From a virus (lineage: Duplodnaviria > Caudoviricetes), in IMG/VR virus record IMGVR_UViG_3300017791_000355, positions 71,662 through 135,661 of that record: a stretch of 64,000 nucleotides of DNA; one strand, given 5' to 3'. The notes under the pieces are model-generated. The model did no database searches, was not told where the DNA came from, and was given only the letters and a program-made list of their open reading frames with translations. Shown piece by piece: positions 40,628-51,438 of this stretch. Position numbers and translations under genes: made by a program. The first letter of the stretch is position 1. Every line of letters begins with the position of its first letter.

Positions 40628-42499
40628 CTACGCAGCGAGTTGCGCTCTGGCGATGACCTCGGCCATCACCGGCGGTACGGAGTTGCCCACCATGCGAATC
40701 TGCGAGGTCTTGGTCAGGGGCTTCCCGTTCGGGCCGGGGCACTCAATTACGTAGTCCGGGTCGAAGCCCTGGGCCAGGTACAACTCGCGCGGCGCCAGCA
40801 TCCGCATGCCGATGTCGACCAGTACCCACTGCTCGCCGTTCAATTCCATCACGAACGGGTGGTCGTATCCGAGGAACCTCGCGACCTGCATCGCGCGCTC
40901 GGTGACCTCCGTGGACAGGGTCACCTCGACGAGGCCGAAGCGGGGCTTCGTGGTCTGCGTGGGCATCGGACGATCCGCGCTCTCCGCGTCCCCGGTGCCG
41001 TTGTAGCGAACGAGATACGCCGCGACCTGCGCAAGGTGAGTTCCGCTGGCGCTGACGGTCGGAACCGGATCCTCGAGGGAGTGCGCGGACGCGTTGATAT
41101 GCGCCTCGCTGGTACCGCGCATCTTCACGAGGTGTGCGAGCGCAAGCGACTTCGTGTTGTGTGTTGCGATCGTGTGCAGCGGCTCCTCGAGCTTCTGACC
41201 GGACGAGCCGTGTGCGTCATTGTTCCCGCCGTTGTTCTTGACGAGGTACGCGCAGGTCACCGCGTGCTTCTGGCCCTGCGCCACGATGGTGCCGATCGGC
41301 TTCTGAATGTCGTAGATGCGTGGCGCTTGGCCGAGGACGACGGTCCCATCGGACTTTACGACCTCGCGACGCTCGCCGTTACTCCGGTGGACGAGGTAGG
41401 GAACGGCGATCGCATGCCCACCACGATTCCCGCAGATGGTGCGGAGCGGTTCCTCGATGTCATTCACTCGAGCATCTCCACCGTACGCAACTGGTACAAT
41501 GCAAGGCTTAGGAGCCACGTACGGCTTGTCGGTGCTCAGAACGAACTTGTCGATGCCGCGCGCGATGCGCGCGAGGGTCTTATCCGCGAGCGGCTTGGAG
41601 CGCGTGAAGATCGACGGGCACTCGGTACTCCAGTCGATGCACTCGGCGGCGGTGCGGTAAGGCTTCTCGCGACCCGGACCGTGGGTCGCCTCGGGCCAGG
41701 TGATGGCCTGGCCGTCGCAGCGCGCGACGAGGAAGAGCCGTCGACGCGTGGTCGGGGCACCGTAGTCGCACGCTCGCAGCAGGCGCCATTCGACGACGTA
41801 ACCGAGCTTCTCGAGACGCGAGACGAACGCGCGAAAGAGCGTGCCCTCGCGCTCCTTGATTGGTTTGTGGAGGCGACACGTCTTGCGACACCCTTCGGAC
41901 TCGCGCGACCGACCATCGATACGACGCTCGCGGGTCTCCCCGGTACAACCGTCGGTGTGCTGACGGTGCAGCGGTCCCCACTTCATGAACTCCTCGACGT
42001 TCTCGAGACAGATGACGCGAGGGCGAACCGCGGCCGCCCAGCGCACGGCGACCCACGCGAGGCCGCGGATCTTGATGCTCGACTCGTCGAGTGCGGTGCC
42101 CTTCGCCTTGCTGAAGTGCGTGCAGGTCGGCGAGAACCAGGCGAGCCCAACCGGGCGACCGTCGCAGGCCTCGTGCGGGTCGACCTGCCAGACGTCCTCG
42201 ATGTAGTGCTTCGTGTCCGGGTGATTCGCCCGGTGCATCGCGATCGCCTCTGCGTCGTGGTTGATAGCGATGTCGGGTGACTTCGCGATGCCTAGAGAGT
42301 GCATTGCGCGCGTGACGCCACTCGAGGCGCCGCCACCTCCAGCGAAGTTATCCACGATGATCGCGTCGTCATCCAGGAAGGCGCGGAGTACCGGTGTCCG
42401 AGGTGCGGGACCTTTCGCCTTGCTGAAGTAGCCGGCGGCGCGGGCGATGCGACTTGCGACCGTGTTCTTGAGAGTCTTCCTGGACGTCTTGGACTTCAT
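40628..42499 (-). CDS. DNA (cytosine-5) methyltransferase
   Basis: FAGGGGAS, SPTC, ENV.EF, R.RLF, RML..REL..AQGF and GNSV motifs. Confidence 0.92.
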   Translation of the reverse strand: MKSKTSRKTLKNTVASRIARAAGYFSKAKGPAPRTPVLRAFLDDDAIIVDNFAGGGGASSGVTRAMHSLGIAKSPDIAINHDAEAIAMHRANHPDTKHYIEDVWQVDPHEACDGRPVGLAWFSPTCTHFSKAKGTALDESSIKIRGLAWVAVRWAAAVRPRVICLENVEEFMKWGPLHRQHTDGCTGETRERRIDGRSRESEGCRKTCRLHKPIKEREGTLFRAFVSRLEKLGYVVEWRLLRACDYGAPTTRRRLFLVARCDGQAITWPEATHGPGREKPYRTAAECIDWSTECPSIFTRSKPLADKTLARIARGIDKFVLSTDKPYVAPKPCIVPVAYGGDARVNDIEEPLRTICGNRGGHAIAVPYLVHRSNGERREVVKSDGTVVLGQAPRIYDIQKPIGTIVAQGQKHAVTCAYLVKNNGGNNDAHGSSGQKLEEPLHTIATHNTKSLALAHLVKMRGTSEAHINASAHSLEDPVPTVSASGTHLAQVAAYLVRYNGTGDAESADRPMPTQTTKPRFGLVEVTLSTEVTERAMQVARFLGYDHPFVMELNGEQWVLVDIGMRMLAPRELYLAQGFDPDYVIECPGPNGKPLTKTSQIRMVGNSVPPVMAEVIARAQLAA

Positions 42500-43750
42500 G
42501 TGGGTCGTTCACTACAAACCACGAACCAACCAGGAGTCTTCCCTGGACAGTGGCAAGCGCTTGAATTGAGCTCGCGTTATCCGAGCGCTAACCGTCGCAT
42601 TCCGGACACGGGTGTTCCGGACTTGCGTCAGTCGCCGTCCCAGACGTCCCACATCTCTTCGCGAGCGGCCATCTCCGCCGCAATCAAGTCATCGGGATGA
42701 AGTTTCGGTCGCGCCTTCTGCCTGCGCTCGATCTCGTCAGCGACCCTGACAAGCCACTGTGCGTACGACTGATGCTTGATCCAGCCCATGAACTCGCTCT
42801 CGCGCCATCGCTCGCATCTTTTGTCGAGCCACGCGAACAAATTGACCAGGTGCGACGCGGACATCTGGTCGAGTCGGACCTTCTCACCTTCACGTGTCGT
42901 CCAGACGTAGCTCACTTCGAATGCTCCTCGTGCGGCGCGAACACGGCGCTCTCGTCAAACCGGAACCACTCGTCGGCCTCGTGACGATAGAACGCGTGGA
43001 CCTCGCGACGGAGCCACTGCAGTCTGTCGGGCTCTTGGCGCATTCCGTGGGGTGGGCGAGCGCGCCGAATGATCACAATCTGCTTCCCAGTGTGAACGCA
43101 CGGGACCTGCATTCGAAATTCAACGTACAGCGAGGAATACAAGTTATATGGCGGGGTGAGCTCGAACTGAATCGGCAGCGCTCCACCTACTCGAGTTTTG
43201 AGTAGCAGAGCTCCCCAACTCCGAACGTCGTCGAACATCTCGTCGTGGGAGACGTACACGCTACTCTCCGTCGACCTCGGCGGCGTCTCGAGCCTCACGA
43301 AGAAACTCGAGGTGCTGGCGAATCCACCGCAAGAACATGACGGCGCGCTCCGAGTTGCCGAACGTGCCGCCGGTGTCGTTTTTCGTGACGTCGATCGGGA
43401 AGTCGAACAGTCCGGTGTGAACGGGGATTCCGCGGTCGTCGTGCTCGGTCCAGATGACCTGGTACCAGAGCTTCCCGTCCTCGTACTTGACGAACCTGGC
43501 CTGTTCGCGCGCGAGATCAGCGATCTTGGGAAGCTTCACCGGGACCGTCCGCAGATCGAGCAGACCCACGACCACGCGCGTCGGGCGATGAACGGCACGA
43601 ACGCGAAGCACGAGCTCGCGACGACCACTTCTTCAGGGCAGATGTGCATGTCCAGGGAACTCCGCGCGAGCGCCGCGACTTTCACGAAAGTGACGACCTC
43701 GGTCGATTCCTGAAAGCTCGGGACTCGTCCAGGGAGTTGTGTGGTCAAAC

Positions 43751-45295
43751 ATGACCCGACACTTCTTGTCCCTCCTCCTGCTCGCACCTCTCGCGGCGTG
43801 CGCGGCAGACCCCAATTTGTCGACCGACCCCTCGGGAATCGATCCGTACTGCTACCATCCGGCCAACTACGTCAACACGTCTCTGGGACAAAACGGCCTG
43901 GTGCCGTGGATCGAGGGTGTCCTGGGACCTACGGTGGACTCCGGTCCGTCGATCATGGCCGCGATCAACGACGCGAGTGCGAACGGCGGGAAGCTCTGCC
44001 GTCTGCCTAGCGGCACGTTCCTCGTCCAGCGAGCCGGGATCCACACCTACAACAGCAAGGCGGGCATCTCCGCGCACAGGTACGGGATCGTGATCGAGGG
44101 GCAGGGGATGGACGAGACGACGCTCGTCTACGCGCAGGACGCCGAGGCGCGGGCCCTCAAGGGCATCTCCTTCGATCCCGGCTGCGACCACTGCGGGGTC
44201 AAGAACCTGACGATCGACGGTACGCGGCTGCACAACACCGACGCCGGCGAGCAGACGATCGCGATCGACGTCGGTACGAACGTGTGCGCGAACCAGCCGT
44301 GCACCCAGCCGATCCTCGACACCGTCATCGAGAACGTTCGGTTCTTCTGGGCGGGCTCCGCCGGCGAACGCTGGGGCGACTGCATCCGAGTCGCTGGGAA
44401 CTCGGTCGCCTCGCAGTCGCGCAACACGAAGATCCGGAACGTGGAGGGCGTCTCGTGCGGTCGGTCATTCGTCGCGTGGCAGCGCAACGCGAACGCGCTC
44501 GACATCTCAAATTTTTATGTGGATGGCGACGGCGTCAAGGGCACGGTATTCGACGGGGAGGCCACGGGCGCCGAGGACGACACCGGCACGAACGTCGGTC
44601 CAGGCTTCATCTGGTTCAATCGACCGCGAACTACTGCGGACGACAACTTCGTCATCAGCGGCACGAGTCAGAACAACTTCAACGTTCACGACGTGCAAAT
44701 CATCGGCGGCCGCGCCGCGATCACGTGCGTGCGTTGTCGTCGCGCGAGCATCACGAACAACATCCTCGACGCCGAGAACTCTCGCGACACCGTCGCGAAC
44801 ATCGAGCTCGCGAACCTCGCCGAGCAGGCAGACGTCTCGCACAACCAGATTCGCCGGCGGGGTGGGGCGGGGTCGTGCATCCGGTCGCAGCCTCACTCGG
44901 GAATCAGCGCGAACTTGCTGAACGTCGTCGACAACACCTGCATCAACGACACGGACGGTGCGGCGATCCTCCTGGCAGCTCCGCGCTTGTCCAAGGTCGA
45001 GGGCAACCTCCTGCAGGGTAACGCTGGACCGAACTCGATGGGCATCTACGTGACGCCGACCGGCGACCACGTCCGAGGTCTCGGAGTGAACGACAACATC
45101 ATCTCCGGCATGACCTACAGCGCCGTCCGACTATCCGGCACCGGCGGGTTTGGCTTCGTCGCGACGATCGTGGACGGGAACGCTTCCACGAGCAGTGGAG
45201 CGATGCGATGCGAGAATCCTCAGTACAGCCCGGTCGGGGGCATCAAGGTCGGGGACAACAACTGGTCAACACCGTCGGCATGCGTGGCGCCGTGA
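43751..45295 (+). CDS. Lipoprotein with a right-handed beta-helix (pectate lyase/depolymerase-like)
   Basis: Lipobox LAAC; D...I.AAI..A....GG....LPSG.F and I.IEG.G...T start of a beta-helix; many N-x-I repeats. Confidence 0.75.
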   Translation: MTRHFLSLLLLAPLAACAADPNLSTDPSGIDPYCYHPANYVNTSLGQNGLVPWIEGVLGPTVDSGPSIMAAINDASANGGKLCRLPSGTFLVQRAGIHTYNSKAGISAHRYGIVIEGQGMDETTLVYAQDAEARALKGISFDPGCDHCGVKNLTIDGTRLHNTDAGEQTIAIDVGTNVCANQPCTQPILDTVIENVRFFWAGSAGERWGDCIRVAGNSVASQSRNTKIRNVEGVSCGRSFVAWQRNANALDISNFYVDGDGVKGTVFDGEATGAEDDTGTNVGPGFIWFNRPRTTADDNFVISGTSQNNFNVHDVQIIGGRAAITCVRCRRASITNNILDAENSRDTVANIELANLAEQADVSHNQIRRRGGAGSCIRSQPHSGISANLLNVVDNTCINDTDGAAILLAAPRLSKVEGNLLQGNAGPNSMGIYVTPTGDHVRGLGVNDNIISGMTYSAVRLSGTGGFGFVATIVDGNASTSSGAMRCENPQYSPVGGIKVGDNNWSTPSACVAP

Positions 45296-45533
45296 GCATC
45301 GTGAGCCTCAAGGACCTCCTCAGCAAGGTCGCCGACGAGGGTGCGATCTGCGAGCGTCTCGGTGCAACACACGTGACCCAAGGTGTGGTGATAGGTGATC
45401 GCGAACGCGCATTCCCGCTTCTCGTCTCGAAGGTGCGCGCGCTGCTAACGGCAATGGTCGACGACGGTGTCACGGAGCAAGCCTGTGCCGATATGCTGGC
45501 CGAGCTCGACTGGATCGTGAACGGAGTAGAGCG

Positions 45534-46019
45534 ATGAGAGCACTCACGTTCATCCAACCCATGGGCTGGGCGATCGTTTCAAGGACGAAACGCATCGAGA
45601 ACCGCTCGCGGCCGCTTCCGAAGTGGATGCAGGGCCGACGCACGCTCGTGGCGGTCCACGGGGGCAAGGGCTGGAGCAACGAGTACGCCGCGACCGTGAC
45701 ACAGATCCTCGGTCGCGACATCTTCGCATCTAGCGCGTCGGTTAGTGCCAGGCAGACCGGAATCATCGGCGCGATGATCCTGACCGGCCGACAGTTCACC
45801 GAGACCACCCGTCCGTTCCGCGGCGTGAACCTCGACCCGTGGTGGGGCGGACCGTACGGCTACGAGATCGAGTGGGCGGCCGCGCTGCCCGATTCGATCC
45901 CGTACGCGGGGTCACTCGGGTGGTGGTCAGTTCCCCCAGAACACGAAAACGCGCTGCGCGAACTGTACAGTGGCGATTCTCTCGACTGGATCGAGGAGCC
46001 GATGAAGTTCGCGGCCTGA
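45534..46019 (+). CDS. ASCH-domain protein
   Basis: MRALT..QP....I....K.IENR and G.IG...L motifs. Confidence 0.75.
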   Translation: MRALTFIQPMGWAIVSRTKRIENRSRPLPKWMQGRRTLVAVHGGKGWSNEYAATVTQILGRDIFASSASVSARQTGIIGAMILTGRQFTETTRPFRGVNLDPWWGGPYGYEIEWAAALPDSIPYAGSLGWWSVPPEHENALRELYSGDSLDWIEEPMKFAA

Positions 46020-46020
46020 G

Positions 46021-46908
46021 CTACGCCCAAGCGACGCGCGCGAACGTCCTAGGTCCGACGACACCGTCGGCGACGAGTCCGGCGCGTGACTGGACTTCGC
46101 GGACGGCGTCCTCGAGCGCCTCGTCGAAGATGCCGGGCGTTCCCTCGGCGAGTTTCACGCGACGCTGAAGCCAGCGAACCCGCTCGCCGGCCTCGCCACG
46201 CGCGAGTGACCGGAACCGGTTGAGGTCCACGGTCGACGTGAAGCCAGGCATCTTGAGCGCGTCGCCCTGGTACTGGTGGATCCAGACGTTGTGAGCGTCG
46301 CCCCACGCGCGCGGGACCGGAGGCCAGGGCAGTGCGTCGACGACCTTCCTCTCCTCCCTCGTGTCCCCGATCGCGGGCAGGCGCGTCTTGTACGGGTAGC
46401 GCGCGAGCCAGAGCGGGCACTCCGACATCGTCGGGTGGAGCGCGCCGAAGCCGTTCTTGTCGGCGTCGAGTGAGTCCGAGTCGTCGCCGTCCCACACGCG
46501 GGCGGACGTGTAGACGAACGGTGAGCAGCCGAACTCCCTCTTCATCTCCGCGACGGCCTCGAGAACCCACCCGAGTAGCTCAGCGCGCGTGCGGCCGGTC
46601 TTCTTGATCCCACCGGGGAACTCGACGTCGAGCGTCGGCGGAAGGTCGAACTTCTGCACAGCACCGGAGCGCGCGAATGCTCGGACCTGCTCGGCGGGGC
46701 TGGGCGCCCCCCGGTCGAGAACCGGGAACATGTAGGCGCCGAAGGTCACACCCGCCGCGCGCCACGCCTCGGCGTCCCTCCTCGCGGTGGGGTCGGTCCA
46801 GGTCTTGTAGGATCCTCGGACGATCGCGAAGGTCACGCCGGCGGTCTTGGCCGCGGACGCGTTGGGGGGAGCGTTCTTGTCAACAGACGCGTAGTCACAA
46901 CCGATCAT
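46021..46908 (-). CDS. Endolysin: GH25 muramidase plus peptidoglycan-binding domain
   Basis: G.D.A, GAYMF, PTLDVE, LWLARY, HQY and VDLN motifs; C-terminal Q...GL.ADGVVGPRT. Confidence 0.9.
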   Translation of the reverse strand: MIGCDYASVDKNAPPNASAAKTAGVTFAIVRGSYKTWTDPTARRDAEAWRAAGVTFGAYMFPVLDRGAPSPAEQVRAFARSGAVQKFDLPPTLDVEFPGGIKKTGRTRAELLGWVLEAVAEMKREFGCSPFVYTSARVWDGDDSDSLDADKNGFGALHPTMSECPLWLARYPYKTRLPAIGDTREERKVVDALPWPPVPRAWGDAHNVWIHQYQGDALKMPGFTSTVDLNRFRSLARGEAGERVRWLQRRVKLAEGTPGIFDEALEDAVREVQSRAGLVADGVVGPRTFARVAWA

Positions 46909-46910
46909 CC

Positions 46911-46953
46911 GTCCAGGGTAGCGCCCTGGACACTCGTCGGCACGAGTCCTGCA
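46911..46953. promoter_or_regulatory. Palindrome GTCCAGGG-TAGCG-CCCTGGAC plus a sigma54-like promoter
   Basis: Lies in the divergent intergenic region upstream of the endolysin; followed by CGGCACGAGTCCTGCA (GG-N10-GC). Confidence 0.55.
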
Positions 46954-47117
46954 TAATCAGCGAGGTAGAGTCGATTTCTGAACGTACGCAGCCTGTCCAG
47001 GAGTTGCTAGATGCGGACGGTCGCGCGGCATGGTGTCCGGGGAGATCCTGGAACGGCTTAGCTTCGTGGGCTCATGAAACACCGGCGATTGTCTCTATAT
47101 CCCAAAGGACATCAAGG

Positions 47118-47375
47118 ATGAAGGTTTGGATCACCAAGTACGCGCTGACGAGGGGCATCCTAGAAGCGAACGACGCGAAGATATGCGACTCCGTCATCGA
47201 GGACGGTAGTATGATCAACGTGCCGTCGCTCGGGGCGCACGTCTACTTTCACGGTGAGGGTAGGCAGTGGCACCGATCGCGTACAGAAGCGGTCGAGAGG
47301 ATGCTCGACATGCGCGACACGAAGATCAAGTCGCTGCTCAAGCAGATCGAGCGACTGAGGAAACTCGCGCCGTGA
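47118..47375 (+). CDS. Conserved phage hypothetical protein
   Basis: Starts MKVWITKYALT.GI and has an AAGG RBS-like element. Confidence 0.6.
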   Translation: MKVWITKYALTRGILEANDAKICDSVIEDGSMINVPSLGAHVYFHGEGRQWHRSRTEAVERMLDMRDTKIKSLLKQIERLRKLAP

Positions 47376-48641
47376 GTGTGGACCTCGAAGAGCTCGAGCG
47401 GTTGGCGAGAAAGGCGATTACGTACGCCGATTGGGACCTCGACATGCTCGACCTCATCACCGCCATCCGCGCGCGCGACGGGGAGATGGCGAGGCTGCGC
47501 TTGCTCGTGCAGTCCGAGCGCGCCCAGGCCGACGTCGACGCGCTGGCGAGGAACGAGGAGCGCGACTCCCTCCGTCGCCAACACGAGGATGCACTCAACG
47601 AGTTGGCGAGGCTGCGCCAAATCGAGACGAAGGGCCGCGGTCGATTTAGCCCCGGGTGGAAGGAGGCTTGTTTGACTGCAGAGACCGAGCGCGACGAGGC
47701 GCTCGACATGCTGGCGATGACGACTCGAGAGCGGGATGAGGCGAAGGCACTCCTGAAGGATCGTGTTGCGTATCTGCGCTCCACGTACGAGGCATACCAA
47801 GACACGAAAGTCGAGCTCGACCGCATCCTGCCGGTGTTCAACGCGGCGTGTGCGTGGCGGGATGGCGAGTATCCGCGGAATGTCGACATGAAATTCTGCC
47901 GCAAGTCTTGGCCGCGCGATGCCGAGTTGATAGCCGCCGTCGACGACGCTCGCAAGGCCGGTGTGAAGTGAAGTGCCCGCATCACGTCGCGTGTTGGAAG
48001 CGCGTGTTCCGTGCGGATGGCTGGATGCAGAGCGCTTATTGCGGCGCGTGCCGCGATCAGGTCGCATTCGACGAGCCCTCCAACGACACCTACCCGAACG
48101 TCGCGATCGAGATCAGGGCGGCGGAGATCGCGGCGGACATGGAGCACGACGGTAGCTGCATGACATCGACGATGGAGAGATATGGATACGGTGTCGAGTC
48201 GCTGCACCTACGCAACGGGCAGCCGATTCTGATCGACACCCCGTCAGTGCGCGCCGGATGCCTCGCCCGCTGCATCGTCGAACACGACGAGGAGAACTGA
48301 ATGCCGAAGCCCTTCCTACGCGAGCCGTTCGCTCGACTCGCGAGCGACATCGTCGCGACGTTGCTGGCCGGTCACAAGGAGTGGCGACCCGACCTGTCGT
48401 ATCCGGAGAGTCACTCGGACATGCATGGCGCGGTTCGCGCACTACTCCGCAAGTACGAGGTCACGCTGAGAGCAGTGCCGCTCGACCGCGAAGAAATCCT
48501 CGAGCCAGAACCAGTGTGCCCCGTGTGCAAGAAGAAGGTCGAGGGCACGGTCAAGACGCTCGGACGTATCGGTGACGGTCGATTCGAGGTCTACGCGCAT
48601 GCCGAGTGCGTGACGTTCCCGCGCGAGCGCGAGCAGAAGAC

Positions 48642-50672
48642 CTAGAGATCAGGCCACTCGTCGTCGACCGCACGCTTGTGGTTCAGGCACTGCGACAAGG
48701 CATCGACGCGATCGTCGCGCAAACCGTTCGGGAAGAGGCTGAGCTCCTTCACGAACTCCTCGAGCCAGGGCGCACCGTCGAGTAGGTAGACCATCCCGTT
48801 CTTGATGTACGGGATCGCGGCTTCGAGGCGCATCTCCTTGTCCTGGTTTCCGGGCTCTGCTTCCCAGATCGCGACCATCGGAACGTCGCCGCGTCCCATC
48901 TGCTCGATGAGCGTGTCCATCACGTCGGGTCCCGCAGCCTTCGGCTCGATCAGGATCGAGTCCGGTCGCCACTTCTGCACGAGACCACTCGAGCGAGGAT
49001 GCTCGGGGTCGTCGTCGGTCCCGACGAGCACCGCGATGATCTCGTGCAGCGCGCCTCGCTGCGTGGCGTCGTCGAGGACGTACCGGCGACCGCCCTTGCC
49101 ACCGATGACGAGGATGCCGTAGTTCGATCCCTTCTCGGTCTTCTTCGAGGCGCAGTCGATCGAGATAGTGATCCAGTCGAAGTCCCACTCCTCGGGCGAG
49201 TAGTGCTTGCCGTGGATGACCTTCGACTCGCCCGCGTGGCACATCGCGGGACGCGGGCGACCGCCCTCGAGCTCGTCGATGTCCGGACGCACACCTGACG
49301 CCAGGCGGAAGAAGTTCCACCACCGACGGTCGACCTTGTTGCCTTCGGTGGCCACGGGCGACTGCTGCATCTGACCGGCGTAATTGCCGGTTCCAGCCCA
49401 ACGCTTCCGCTCCGACGCGAGGTACTCGCTCGGCATCCGCACCGGGTCGATCGAGTCGCCCTCCTCGGTGCGTGGATCCGCGAACACCAAGTCAGACTCC
49501 GGAAGTCCGGCGTCGCGGAGTAGTCTCACCAGAACGTCGGGAAGAACGAAGCGACGAGCTTCCTCGAACTCGGCCGGGATGACGACGTGGAGCCAGCCGT
49601 CGCGATTATCGGGCGACCACGTGCCCTGGAGACTGATGACATTGCCAGTCCAGTCCGCGGCATGAGTGCGCTGCTGAACTCCAATGCGCAGCGATCGCAT
49701 ACCATCATTCACTCGGTTGTACTGATTCGTGGACCAGAGTTCGTTGATCTCGTCGCGCTCGTTCTTACTCTCTGATTTCTTTGGGTTATTCGCATCATCG
49801 ATCAAAATCGCATCGGCTCGGAGTCCGACAATCTCTGACTTAGAGGCCATTGAGATGCGCTCTCCGCCAGCGGTATTACCGTAGTTCGAAATAGCATCTT
49901 GGTCAGACTTGATTGACCACTCAATGCCGAACGATTCGACGTACCATGGTGAGCGAATCAGATCGCGGGCGGCGCGCGCGTCACGCATCGTGGCGTCGTC
50001 GTTCACCGAGAGGCAGATGAACTTCATCCCAGGGCAGTGGAGCCACGCCCAGGCCTGGAAGCAGACCGCGAGAATGCGGCTCTTGGACGAGCCCGGAGGG
50101 ACGTTGAAGACGATGTTGCGAATCTTGTTGAGGTAGCTCCGGTCCTTCTTGGCCTTGAGCCAGTCGAAGAACACCGCCTGGACCACCGCGCAGATCAGGG
50201 CGAGGTGCCAGTTCCACACGAGCTCGGTGTTCGGTTCGACGACCTTCCAGGCCTGGCGGAAGAACTCTGCGAACGTCGCGCGCGCGAGCTCGGAGTCGAG
50301 CTGCTTCTGCAGCGCCTTGAGCGCCTCGACGTCACCAGTAGCGGCCGCGTACTCGACGACGTCGAGCACCTCTTCCTGCGGCGTGCGCGTGTTCTGGTGC
50401 CACGGCGCGCTGAGGTCCACCGACGGACGCGTCTCTTCCTCCGGCGCCGCGAAGTGACGCACCATCTTCGGCGTGACGTCGGTGACGATCGGCTCGCGCT
50501 CGCGAGTCATCCATGGCGCGGGCTTGGGACCCGGCTTCTTCGGCTGGTCGGGGACCACCTTCCGGGGGCGGCCGCGCTTCTTGGGCGACGTGTCGAGCGC
50601 AGGTGGAACAGCCGACGACGGTTCGTCAGGCGGGCACGAACAGAGACCTTTCAGTACGTGAGGGCAGGGCAA
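48642..50672 (-). CDS. terL: Terminase large subunit
   Basis: Walker A VPPGSSKS, Walker B ILIDD, QQR.H..D, YAGQ.QQ.P, and nuclease-domain IDC...IE.KA.G...FP.G..DD.VDA. Confidence 0.9.
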   Translation of the reverse strand: MPCPHVLKGLCSCPPDEPSSAVPPALDTSPKKRGRPRKVVPDQPKKPGPKPAPWMTREREPIVTDVTPKMVRHFAAPEEETRPSVDLSAPWHQNTRTPQEEVLDVVEYAAATGDVEALKALQKQLDSELARATFAEFFRQAWKVVEPNTELVWNWHLALICAVVQAVFFDWLKAKKDRSYLNKIRNIVFNVPPGSSKSRILAVCFQAWAWLHCPGMKFICLSVNDDATMRDARAARDLIRSPWYVESFGIEWSIKSDQDAISNYGNTAGGERISMASKSEIVGLRADAILIDDANNPKKSESKNERDEINELWSTNQYNRVNDGMRSLRIGVQQRTHAADWTGNVISLQGTWSPDNRDGWLHVVIPAEFEEARRFVLPDVLVRLLRDAGLPESDLVFADPRTEEGDSIDPVRMPSEYLASERKRWAGTGNYAGQMQQSPVATEGNKVDRRWWNFFRLASGVRPDIDELEGGRPRPAMCHAGESKVIHGKHYSPEEWDFDWITISIDCASKKTEKGSNYGILVIGGKGGRRYVLDDATQRGALHEIIAVLVGTDDDPEHPRSSGLVQKWRPDSILIEPKAAGPDVMDTLIEQMGRGDVPMVAIWEAEPGNQDKEMRLEAAIPYIKNGMVYLLDGAPWLEEFVKELSLFPNGLRDDRVDALSQCLNHKRAVDDEWPDL

Positions 50673-50703
50673 TCCTCCAACCTTGACGGGTCAGCCGGAC
50701 ACC

Positions 50704-50740
50704 GTCCAGGGAGGAACCTTGGACAGGCACGAATCGTGCT
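50704..50740 (+). promoter_or_regulatory. Palindrome plus a sigma54-like promoter
   Basis: GTCCAGG-N7-CTTGGAC followed by AGGCACGAATCGTGCT, 14 nt before the ATG at 50755. Confidence 0.55.
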
Positions 50741-50754
50741 AGGGTGGCCTCCAC

Positions 50755-51438
50755 ATGCGCAGAATCGCCCTGTTCCTGGCCTTCCTCATCACCCTACCCG
50801 CGGGCCTCGCCCAAGCCGACCAGGCACCCAAGGTCGATTGCCCACGCCCGCCGGCCAAGAAGCGTCCGCCGCGTCGTCCGCCCGCGAAGCCGGTCGCCCC
50901 GGTGACGCCGAAGTGCGACTGTCCGAGCATCCCAGGACCGCCAGGTGAGCGAGGACCCGAGGGTCCGCAGGGTCCCGCTGGCGACACGTACACGATCGTC
51001 CGCGAGGCGCCCGCGGCGCTCGCGCTCTCCGTCGGCCTGATGTCGGCCGCGTACCTCCCCCACGGTGACTGGGCGTGGGGACCGGCACTCCAACTACGCG
51101 ACCGCGTCGGCCACTACGAGCTCGCACTCGACGCCGGTCTCGCCGACGTTCTCCCCGGACGCGAGAGCGGCTACCTGCTCCACGCTGGCGTCGCGCGGTA
51201 CTTCGACGACGGTCCGGTCGGCCTGACGGCCGGCGTCCACTGGACCAGCATCGACGGCTCGTCGAGGAACGGTCAGATCGACGGCGAGTACCTCGCGATC
51301 GTCGGCGGTCTCGTGCTCCGATACAAGTTCGCCCGCGTCGAGCTCGCGCCCGCGCTCGCATACCTGCGCGACGACGCGGAGGGCGAGCAGCTCGCGTTCG
51401 GGTTCACGTCGTCGCTTTTCCTCGGAGGTCGCTGGTGA
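50755..51438 (+). CDS. Secreted/outer-membrane protein with a short collagen-like repeat
   Basis: Signal peptide, GPPGERGPEGPQGPAG, amphipathic beta strands and a terminal W. Confidence 0.6.
   Translation: MRRIALFLAFLITLPAGLAQADQAPKVDCPRPPAKKRPPRRPPAKPVAPVTPKCDCPSIPGPPGERGPEGPQGPAGDTYTIVREAPAALALSVGLMSAAYLPHGDWAWGPALQLRDRVGHYELALDAGLADVLPGRESGYLLHAGVARYFDDGPVGLTAGVHWTSIDGSSRNGQIDGEYLAIVGGLVLRYKFARVELAPALAYLRDDAEGEQLAFGFTSSLFLGGRW

Noticed and set aside
36309-42280. Long plus-strand ORFs 36309-38288, 38388-40295 and 40619-42280 (also 28899-30254)
   Set aside because: They are antisense shadows of the primase, methyltransferase and helicase in high-GC DNA, with no recognisable motifs.
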